A stretch of 32,000 bases of DNA from Methanococcus maripaludis. Lineage in GTDB: Archaea; AGJL01; Methanococci; Methanococcales; Methanococcaceae. The stretch spans positions 450,001 through 482,000 of the forward strand of contig NZ_CP026606.1 in the NCBI RefSeq assembly GCF_002945325.1, given 5' to 3'. The notes beneath the pieces are model-generated. The model had not been told where the DNA came from, searched no databases, and saw only the letters and a list, made by a program, of their open reading frames with translations. Below, one piece after another: positions 16,636 to 23,972 of this stretch (its first letter is position 1; every line of letters starts with the position of its first letter). Made by a program: the position numbers and the translations under genes.

Positions 16636-17712
16636 TTGTTTACGTTACATAATTCAGTAATAAATACTGCGATCATTGTTTTTGAAAAGATGAGAAAGAA
16701 AGACATCAATGCATATTTTTCTAAGAAATCCTACCAGCACGATTTAAGAATAGAAGGAACTGGGGGAAGTAACGCCTCCCTTTTTGAAAGTTGGATATCG
16801 CAATTTCCCCCCGAAATCCAATTAGAATGTTTAAATGAATTAATGCAAAAATATGGCCCTGATGACGATCAAGGTCTTGGTGAGCTTTTAGAAAGTGAAA
16901 CTATTCAATATTCTAAATATTTATCTAAAAATGAATCAGGTTTAAACAATAATAAAAATGAAAAATTAGATTTTGGAGGGGTTACTATGGCAACCAATAA
17001 AAAAAAGAAAATATTTATAAGTCATTCTTCAAAAGATAAAGAATATGCAAAGCTTTTAAGAGATGTTCTGGAAAATGCCGGTTTAACCCATGATCAAATA
17101 TTTTGCACATCCCTAACGGGACATCGAAATGAATTTGGAAAAAATTTCTTAGACAATATAAAAAACAAGCTAAATGATGATTACTTAATATTATTCCTTC
17201 TTTCTAGAAATTTCTATGAAAGTCCCATGTGTATGTGTGAATTAGGTGCAGCATGGGTTAAAACAAAAGAATCCGTTCCCGTATTAATCCCCCCTTTTGA
17301 TTACGACGACATGAATATGACAATAAAACATACTGAAGGTTTTAAAATAAATGAGAAGGATAGAATACACGAATTTAAGGATTATTTAGATTCTAACTTT
17401 AATAATAAACCAATTCCTGTTTCCATTTGGAATGAACGAACTGAAAAAACTTTTTCAGATATCATTAAATTAATTGAAAAAGATTCAAAAAATGCTAAAA
17501 AGTCCTCCAAAAAAACAACTGCAAAGAAAACAAGTGATAAAAAGTCTAAAAACTCAGAAAATAAAACTTCAAAATCAAAAACTGCTAAAAAACCTACTAA
17601 TGCTAGAAAAACCAGTACTACAAAAAAATCAGATGATCCTTTTAATATTAATATATCAACAGATAGTTCAATATCAGGTATTCTTGGCGGAAATTCTAAA
17701 AAATTATTCTAA
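16636..17712 (+). CDS. TIR-domain protein with a Lys/Ser/Thr-rich basic C-terminal tail
   Basis: The segment KIFISHSSKDKEYAKLL...LILFLLSRNFYESPMCMCELGAAW is a canonical prokaryotic TIR pattern including the catalytic Glu. The tail is KKSSKKTTAKKTSDKKSKNSENKTSKSKTAKKPTNARK. There is an alternative strong internal start at ATG 16987. Confidence 0.8.
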   Translation: MFTLHNSVINTAIIVFEKMRKKDINAYFSKKSYQHDLRIEGTGGSNASLFESWISQFPPEIQLECLNELMQKYGPDDDQGLGELLESETIQYSKYLSKNESGLNNNKNEKLDFGGVTMATNKKKKIFISHSSKDKEYAKLLRDVLENAGLTHDQIFCTSLTGHRNEFGKNFLDNIKNKLNDDYLILFLLSRNFYESPMCMCELGAAWVKTKESVPVLIPPFDYDDMNMTIKHTEGFKINEKDRIHEFKDYLDSNFNNKPIPVSIWNERTEKTFSDIIKLIEKDSKNAKKSSKKTTAKKTSDKKSKNSENKTSKSKTAKKPTNARKTSTTKKSDDPFNINISTDSSISGILGGNSKKLF

Positions 17713-17731
17713 TTCTTTCTTTTTTAAATTT

Positions 17732-17809
17732 TAAAGCCGATGGACTTGAAATTAACTTTAAAAAAGGAAAATAATTACTATTTTGATATTTTATCAGGAT
17801 TGAATCGAT
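17732..17809. repeat. cassette-boundary direct repeat R3 (shorter, 78 bp)
   Basis: It aligns with the first 78 bp of R1. It would translate to KADGLEINFKKGK-stop. Confidence 0.75.
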
Positions 17810-17949
17810 CTTGTTTTAAATTTTTAAAGTGCACTTTAAAACATAATTATATTATAAATTAAGCCTATATAATGAGGTAATTTTTAATTTTAACTCACTA
17901 AAATATTCATAATCAAAACGGTAATCAATAAATCAAAAGGCGATTTCAA

Positions 17950-20016
17950 TTGAATTTTTTCAAAATAACAACGTGTTTATTATTACTTTTTGCATTAATT
18001 TCAGTAAATTATTCTGCTGAATTTGTAGATGATGGACAGTATGTCTATTGTAAATTAACAAACGAAAATTTGGGTGAATTTGGTATATTGAATAGATCTA
18101 TCTCAGGCACAGATAATGTTTATCTTGTAACGGGATTTTCTGAAAGTGCTAATTTGCCAAATAATACTTATCTTGACTTATCATTAGATAAATACTTTCC
18201 AAATGTTGGAAATCAAGGTAAAATCGGTTCATGTACCTCATGGGCTTGTTCATACTATGCAAATTCATATTTACAGGCAAGAATTAACAACTGGGATTTA
18301 AAAGGAAATGACAGTTCTAAATGTTTGAATCCGTTGTGGACGTATAATAAAATGAACAATGGGGAAATATACCTTGGAGCTAACTCCGAAGATACATTAA
18401 AAATGCTTTCAAGAATTGGTGCTGTAACTTATGAAACAATGCCTGAAAATGAGAGCTATACTTTTTGGGGCGATGAAGATGACTGGCTTGAAGCACCCCA
18501 ATACAGAATAACAGGCTTTGATTTCACCCTAACGAGTAATACTGAAATTATAAAATCATGGTTGAACGAAGGTTCAATCGTAATTATTGCAATCCATTAC
18601 GATGATTTAAGAAATTGTTTTGAAAATACATCCATAATTTCAGATCACTGCCAATCTCATGAGGACGCAACTCACGCGGTCGTAATTGCAGGGTATAATG
18701 ACAGCATGTCAAAAGATAATGAAACAGGAGTTTTTAAAGTTGTGAATTCTGAAGGCCCATTATGGGGCCCTAATGGTGATGGATGTTACTATATGACGTA
18801 TGATGCAGTTTCAAATCTAAAAGATTGTTATTGTGCTAGGATATCTGATGCAGTGTACAATACTTCAGATTCTCACCCCGAACTTATTGGGTATGTACGG
18901 TTTGATCCCGAAAATAAAGGTACAAAAGATCAAAACATAATTTTTGGAATTGGAAATGAGTCAAATATTTCTGGATATGTAGATATTTTTGGAAGTCTTT
19001 ATTGTAATCAAAATGGCGGAAACGGCTCAATGCCTGATTTTATCGTAATTGATTTGACTGACTGGAAATCTGAATTTGAAAACTCATTAAACACCACTGG
19101 AAAAGGATATTACTTTGTTAATTTTTCAAATGGAACGGAAACTTCAATAATTTCTGAATTTGGAATAATTAAATACAGCTCTTATCCAGATATCGAAGAA
19201 ATAAATACATTAAATTCGTATGCTTGCAATAAATCAGTAGTATTTAAGTTTTACAGTAAAACAGCCCCCGAAATTATTAATTCAAGCGTAAATGTTTTAG
19301 AAAACGAAGTTATTGTTTCAATAAGTGCAGAAGACGTTGAAAACGACCTATGGGGCGTAAACGTATACTTTGACGGTTCAAATGAATATTATTCATTAAA
19401 CGGTACAAATGAAACGTTTAACGGCTCATTTGATAAATCCATGTTTTCATACGGCGAACACTACGCAATATTTGAAGCGTTTGATGGTTCAGGAAACGTG
19501 AATAATAGTGAAATGGTTGCTTTTGAAATTTCAGCCCCAGCTACTTCTTCAAGAAGTACTGGAAACCATTATAGTTCCGATCTTTCTGATGGAATTAGTT
19601 CTGGAACCATTAAAAGAGCAGTTTCAAATTCAAATATTATATATGGAAGCGATGTAGATGAAGGATATGCTTTGAATTTGAGAGAGAATGTTAAAAATGG
19701 AAACGATTACGAACTTTCAGGAGATACAATAATTGTTGGTGGACCAGAAGCAAACGGATTTGCTGAAAAGTACGATTCAGAGTTTGAAATTTCAATTACA
19801 AACGACTATCCTGGGGAAAATAAAGGGCTAATTCAAGTGAAAAATATTGAAGTACGCGACGGAAACATAATCAAAACTTATCAGGTAATATATATTGCAG
19901 GTTCTGACAGGTTTGGAACACAGGCTGCTTTAGAATACTTTAAAACTTTAGATGAGCTTCCCGATATGCCCCTTACTGTTGAATGGACTGAAAATGGACC
20001 TGTGGTTGTTGAATAA
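17950..20016 (+). CDS. secreted papain-like (C1 family) cysteine peptidase with C-terminal surface-attachment domains
   Basis: Signal peptide MNFFKITTCLLLLFALISVNYSA. Catalytic motifs NQGKIGSCTSWA (Q, C), HAVVIAGYND (H) and VVNSEGPLWGPNGDGCYYM (N, W). The C-terminus IIVGGPEANGFAEKY...IYIAGSDRFGTQAALEYF resembles the Methanococcales S-layer C-terminal region. It has many N-x-S/T sequons. Confidence 0.8.
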   Translation: MNFFKITTCLLLLFALISVNYSAEFVDDGQYVYCKLTNENLGEFGILNRSISGTDNVYLVTGFSESANLPNNTYLDLSLDKYFPNVGNQGKIGSCTSWACSYYANSYLQARINNWDLKGNDSSKCLNPLWTYNKMNNGEIYLGANSEDTLKMLSRIGAVTYETMPENESYTFWGDEDDWLEAPQYRITGFDFTLTSNTEIIKSWLNEGSIVIIAIHYDDLRNCFENTSIISDHCQSHEDATHAVVIAGYNDSMSKDNETGVFKVVNSEGPLWGPNGDGCYYMTYDAVSNLKDCYCARISDAVYNTSDSHPELIGYVRFDPENKGTKDQNIIFGIGNESNISGYVDIFGSLYCNQNGGNGSMPDFIVIDLTDWKSEFENSLNTTGKGYYFVNFSNGTETSIISEFGIIKYSSYPDIEEINTLNSYACNKSVVFKFYSKTAPEIINSSVNVLENEVIVSISAEDVENDLWGVNVYFDGSNEYYSLNGTNETFNGSFDKSMFSYGEHYAIFEAFDGSGNVNNSEMVAFEISAPATSSRSTGNHYSSDLSDGISSGTIKRAVSNSNIIYGSDVDEGYALNLRENVKNGNDYELSGDTIIVGGPEANGFAEKYDSEFEISITNDYPGENKGLIQVKNIEVRDGNIIKTYQVIYIAGSDRFGTQAALEYFKTLDELPDMPLTVEWTENGPVVVE

Positions 20017-20127
20017 TTAATTTATTTTTCTTTTTTTAATATTTTGTGGTATTTGCGCAAAAAATCAACACTTTTAAATATACTTCTTTTTAAAAACTTA
20101 AAGTAAAACTATTTCTTAAATTTAAAC

Positions 20128-20385
20128 GTGAAACCAATGATCCCAGAATCTCCAAATATGCTAGAACATATCCCAGAAGACTTTAAGTACTGGAGAAAGT
20201 ATCAGCAGGAAAAAATTGAGGAGATTTTAGGCCATATTTCAAACGGTAAGAAAACAATTGTTTTAAATGCACCAACCGGGGCTGGAAAATCACTTTACAA
20301 TATTTCGGTTGGTTCTATTTTAAATTCATTAAAAAGTTATCAAATAATTAACATTTATATAGTCCATTTTGATAGTTTATTTTGA
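20128..20385 (+). pseudogene. 5' fragment of a DEAD/DEAH (Rad3/DinG-like) helicase gene, truncated shortly after Walker A
   Basis: The sequence WRKYQQEKIEEILGHISNGKKTIVLNAPTGAGKSL is a helicase motif Q/I region. The ORF ends about 30 codons later and no further helicase motifs occur in the window. Confidence 0.6.
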
Positions 20386-20956
20386 CGAAATAACCCATCT
20401 AAACCGTGTGAGAAAAATGTTTAAAAATAAATTATATGGCGAGACCCAAATAATTCAGATTGAAAAAGTAGAAACTCTTGTTTTAAATTACAACGGCAAA
20501 GGAGAAAATAACTATTCAAAGTCCCAAAGCTACTGGGATAAGAAAAAACGCTCTTTAAAAAAGTCTGCTCTTTTTAAAAATTATATTTCTGAAAAAGTGT
20601 TTCCTCCAAATTATTTTAAAATAATGAATCGAGAATGTAAATTTAAAAACGAACCCGACTATAAAGTAATTTTAAAGGAAAATAGCGATTATTTTTATTT
20701 AAAATGTAAATTCAGAGGATATTTATATAATAATTTTTACGATTGGGCAAGGCCTGATCAGATTGATTCGTTTAAAGAATTTTCTGAAAGAGTAGAAACC
20801 CCTGTTTACTTTGCATTTGGTCTTGGCGGCTGTCCAAATGATCCTGATAACGCATTTTTATGTCCTCTTGAAAAAGTAAAGTGTAAATTAAAGTTAAAAG
20901 AGCTTGAACCCTGGAGAATTCAGTGTTTAGAAGATGTTTCAAGGATTATTTGTTAA
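20369..20956 (+). CDS. hypothetical protein, about 179-195 aa, Cys-containing C-terminus
   Basis: ORF in the track. The first ATG is at 20417. No motif recognised. Confidence 0.5.
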   Translation: MIVYFDEITHLNRVRKMFKNKLYGETQIIQIEKVETLVLNYNGKGENNYSKSQSYWDKKKRSLKKSALFKNYISEKVFPPNYFKIMNRECKFKNEPDYKVILKENSDYFYLKCKFRGYLYNNFYDWARPDQIDSFKEFSERVETPVYFAFGLGGCPNDPDNAFLCPLEKVKCKLKLKELEPWRIQCLEDVSRIIC

Positions 20957-20998
20957 TCTATTTTTCATGATGACTCCAGGATTATTCTTTAATAAAAG

Positions 20999-21412
20999 TT
21001 AAAATTCGTCGACATTGATTTTGTAGAATAAATCAGCATCTTTTACATAATATAATTCGTTTCCGGATTTGATTTCTTCGATTACCTTATCTTCTGGGAC
21101 AATATATCCAACTAAGAACTGATCTATTGTTAAATTGCCTTCTGACATGATTTCTGTGGTTTTTGTTGAAAGGTCGGGTAATTTGATTTTCTGCAATTTG
21201 TGAACTGACAACCGGTCATCTTCAACCAGTTCGACCCATTCAATTTTTTTAACAACGTTTGAGAATGAATCTGGATTTGCGTAATTTTTGTAGTCTTCGA
21301 ATGCTTCAAAACCTTCTAAAGACATTTTATAAAGTGTTGATTTTAAAATATCGCTCAATTCTTCGTGGCTTTTTAGATTTCTTAAAACTTTTTCTTCTAT
21401 TTCTGCTGACAT
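20999..21412 (-). CDS. conserved hypothetical protein, 137 aa, copy 2 of 2
   Basis: It differs from 4024-4437 at 25 of 414 nt by manual alignment, giving only 2 amino-acid changes (G3A, K116S). Confidence 0.8.
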   Translation of the reverse strand: MSAEIEEKVLRNLKSHEELSDILKSTLYKMSLEGFEAFEDYKNYANPDSFSNVVKKIEWVELVEDDRLSVHKLQKIKLPDLSTKTTEIMSEGNLTIDQFLVGYIVPEDKVIEEIKSGNELYYVKDADLFYKINVDEF

Positions 21413-21553
21413 TTCTTTTCACCTTTTTCATCTTCTTTAATTTTAACTTCTACTTGTTTTCCAACTAGTTTTTTAGGTAATGTTATGTGTCCAGTGTTTC
21501 CGAATGGTTTCACGTTCTTTTCAATTGTTTTTTCATTTTTGATTCTTCATCAT
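21397..21553 (-). pseudogene. frameshifted small SpoVT/AbrB-like (DUF2080-like) gene
   Basis: The frame containing VKPFGNTGHITLPKKLVGKQVEVKIKE lacks a proper start. ATG 21553/21550 reads MMKNQK-stop. Removing one A from the A5 run at 21536-21540 fuses the two frames. Confidence 0.45.
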
Positions 21554-21609
21554 CTCTTTATTTTTAAAAAAAATAAAATTAAGGGGTGCTGTTCAGGCGG
21601 GTATGTATT

Positions 21610-21741
21610 TCACTAGTGAGTAATTACTCACTAATAAACTAGTGGATATCCAACTATATAAAATTTACGAAATTATATCACTAATGATAAAAACCTCACT
21701 AGAGAATAATATATCTTTAATTACACATTCATCTCTAATGA
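21610..21741. promoter_or_regulatory. divergent promoter region with a palindrome and repeated TCACTA motifs
   Basis: A perfect 14-bp palindrome TGAGTAATTACTCA lies at 21617-21630 inside a near-perfect 22-bp dyad. TCACTA(A/G)TG-like motifs lie at about 21610, 21628, 21678, 21696 and 21732. Confidence 0.5.
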
Positions 21742-21750
21742 TAATATGAG

Positions 21751-22044
21751 TTGGATTGGATGATAAGTGCATTAGCAAAGAAAAATTCTAGAGCAGTATT
21801 GGAATTACTCGCAGAAAAAGAAGAAGGACTTCATTTCGGGGAAATTAAAAAAGAATTGGGGATAGATGGCAGGGTATTAACGGATACTTTAAATGCATTT
21901 TTAGATTTTGAGTTAGTTACAAGGACAGCAGAAGATGAATCAAAAAGGATGTCAAAAGTGTTTTATGCGATTACTAAAAGGGGTTTAGAAGTTTTAAAAG
22001 CATATACTTACTTGGACGAAATTCAAGCAGGAAAATTTGACTAA
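21751..22044 (+). CDS. winged-helix transcriptional regulator, 97 aa
   Basis: The pattern RAVLELLAEKEEGLHFGEIKKELGIDGRVLTDTLNAFLDFELVTR...FYAITKRGLEVL fits a wHTH. Confidence 0.6.
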   Translation: MDWMISALAKKNSRAVLELLAEKEEGLHFGEIKKELGIDGRVLTDTLNAFLDFELVTRTAEDESKRMSKVFYAITKRGLEVLKAYTYLDEIQAGKFD

Positions 22045-22130
22045 AATAAGCTTAATATTATTTTAAATTTGTATTTTGTAAGATTTACTTTAAAGAAGGA
22101 TTTATGTCTTCTTAATTTAATTAATGTTTA

Positions 22131-22403
22131 TTGATTGAGGGAAAATTGATTAAAGGTGGAAATGTGGGCGATAATTTGGAAAAAAAAGATTATTTAAAAT
22201 TCGAACTGGATCAAGCATATTCTGACTATCGGTATTATGATACCAAAATAAAAAATCAGATAAATATGATGATCGGGGCATGGGTAGCTTCAATTCCAAT
22301 ATTCAGTTTAATTTTTAATATTACTACAGATCCGTTTTTAATTTTGAAATTAGCGTCATTATACATAGCATTAATCCTTATGGTATGCCTCATGTTAATG
22401 TAG
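22131..22403 (+). CDS. membrane protein fragment, 90 aa; in frame with the next ORF across a single TAG
   Basis: ORF in the track with a C-terminal TM helix. 22485 minus 22131 equals 354, a multiple of 3. Confidence 0.45.
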   Translation: MIEGKLIKGGNVGDNLEKKDYLKFELDQAYSDYRYYDTKIKNQINMMIGAWVASIPIFSLIFNITTDPFLILKLASLYIALILMVCLMLM

Positions 22404-22484
22404 GATATAAAAAAAGCGGCCAAAGATCTAAAAAATTCTTATAAATCAATTAATATTTTTAAAAAATATTATTATATCGAAAAT

Positions 22485-22871
22485 ATGCCCGAATATAAGA
22501 TATACCCTCCATCTATATCGATAATACAATTTTTATTTATTAACTATATCGCATTTTCAATATGTTCCGGATTATGGGCTATTTTAATATTTTGGCATTC
22601 TATCAAGTTTATAATAGGACATCAAACAGAGGATGAATTATTTAGTATACTTTCGGTAGTAATGATGTTGGCAATACTTTGCTGCTCAGTATATTACTTT
22701 AAAGAATATACTGAAATCCTGAATATTTTTAAAGAATATGATCTTGAGGTAAAAAGCAACATCAGTTTTAAAAGGATAGTTACTAAAATTTTTGATAAAG
22801 ACGCAATTATAGGTTTTTTAAGTTTAATAATTATTTTACTTTCTGGAATAATTTTCAAATTGTTATTTTAA
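22485..22871 (+). CDS. polytopic membrane protein, 128 aa; possibly the distal part of a 246-codon gene
   Basis: ORF in the track with about 4 hydrophobic helices. Confidence 0.5.
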   Translation: MPEYKIYPPSISIIQFLFINYIAFSICSGLWAILIFWHSIKFIIGHQTEDELFSILSVVMMLAILCCSVYYFKEYTEILNIFKEYDLEVKSNISFKRIVTKIFDKDAIIGFLSLIIILLSGIIFKLLF

Positions 22872-22940
22872 ATTTGGTGAATAAGTTTAATTCAAAACAA
22901 GAACAATGTCAATTAAATTATAGAAAAAATAAAATTATTA

Positions 22941-23540
22941 TTGGGAAAACTACATAAAAAATTAAGGACAATATCGAAAAAAATATATAACGTTTTGAGA
23001 AAAGTAAATTATATTCTTTTAAGGGATGAAAACATGCCAGGAAAAAATTCTGAGAACTTTGAACATATTAAAAAAATGGTTGATATTTTAAAAAAATATG
23101 AAAATACTCCAAAATATGCCGTAACTGTAATGAAGAATAATATTGGCATGAGTGTTAACAATGACGTTAAATCAGAATGTGAAAAACAAGGAATACCTAA
23201 AAACAAGATTGATCTATATTTTAGAGAAATTTTTGGAATAATTAACAAAAAAGTTATAGAGAAGAAAAGTGATGAAACTGAAACTTCAAAATACGTTCTT
23301 AAGAATTTATATCATGAAAGTTTTGGTGAAAAATACGAAATGTTTAAATCACAGGTATGCCCACTTTTCGAAAAAATAAGTTTAATGAATTTACGTAAAA
23401 CCGACAGTGCTAACAACGAATACAAATCCAAATTAATTAAAATAGTTTTATCAAATGAAGATGGTACAAAAAAAATAATTAACTTTGAATGTACCTCTGA
23501 CGAATTAATAAATATCATAGAAGTACTGTCTGAAATGTAG
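22941..23540 (+). CDS. hypothetical protein, 168-199 aa
   Basis: ORF in the track. The more likely start is ATG 23034, preceded by AAGGGA. The next ORF starts 9 nt after its stop. Confidence 0.6.
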   Translation: MGKLHKKLRTISKKIYNVLRKVNYILLRDENMPGKNSENFEHIKKMVDILKKYENTPKYAVTVMKNNIGMSVNNDVKSECEKQGIPKNKIDLYFREIFGIINKKVIEKKSDETETSKYVLKNLYHESFGEKYEMFKSQVCPLFEKISLMNLRKTDSANNEYKSKLIKIVLSNEDGTKKIINFECTSDELINIIEVLSEM

Positions 23541-23548
23541 GTGAAAAA

Positions 23549-23968
23549 ATGGGGGAAATGCTTACAATTAATTCAGAAACTTTTGAACATTCAAACTATT
23601 TAGATGATAGTTTTGAAAAACATTATAAAAATCAGGAAGAAGATGAAATTTTAAACATCCAAAGTAATACATTAATATTCCAACGTTCTTTTGAAAAAGA
23701 TGAAGAATTAAACCCTGAAATTGTGCATAACGATAAAAAAAGAGTTATGAACTACATTAGAAATTATAGATTACTGTATAGCTTAGATATTCTTCCGGAT
23801 TATGTTAATGATGATATTTACGAAACAATATTGCAGTCAATGGAATTGAGAAAAAGTAAAAATAAACAAAGAAATGTAAAATCTGTACTTACAGAAATAC
23901 TTTTAAAAGGAACAGTCGCATTGATGGAAGATATTGAGGAAAAATTAGATGCTAAAAAGGGGGAATAA
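23549..23968 (+). CDS. hypothetical acidic protein, 139 aa
   Basis: ORF in the track. AGGTGA RBS at 23539-23544. Confidence 0.6.
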   Translation: MGEMLTINSETFEHSNYLDDSFEKHYKNQEEDEILNIQSNTLIFQRSFEKDEELNPEIVHNDKKRVMNYIRNYRLLYSLDILPDYVNDDIYETILQSMELRKSKNKQRNVKSVLTEILLKGTVALMEDIEEKLDAKKGE

Positions 23969-23972
23969 TTAA

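Noticed and set aside
17474-17734. 86-aa ORF in an alternative frame over the 3' end of the TIR gene
   Set aside because: It lies entirely within the A-rich, low-complexity, Lys-coding tail of the TIR gene, has no RBS, and translates to low-complexity sequence. It is a frame-shadow artefact.
21530-21553. Programmed +1 ribosomal frameshift at AAA-TGA in the AbrB-like micro-gene
   Set aside because: There is no recognisable stimulatory element. A one-base change in an A5 homopolymer explains the disruption more simply, as either a mutation or a sequencing error.
22401-22403. TAG decoded as pyrrolysine
   Set aside because: Pyrrolysine decoding is known from Methanosarcinales, Methanomassiliicoccales and a few bacteria, not from Methanococcales-like genomes. 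No pyl genes or PYLIS-like context were seen. A nonsense mutation or two separate genes is more likely.
23034-23540. C-terminus (…KSKLIKIVLSNEDGTKKIINFECTSDELINIIEVLSEM) as a COMM-like domain
   Set aside because: The resemblance is only a vague beta-hairpin plus helix pattern, which I cannot support without a profile search. The protein is left as hypothetical.
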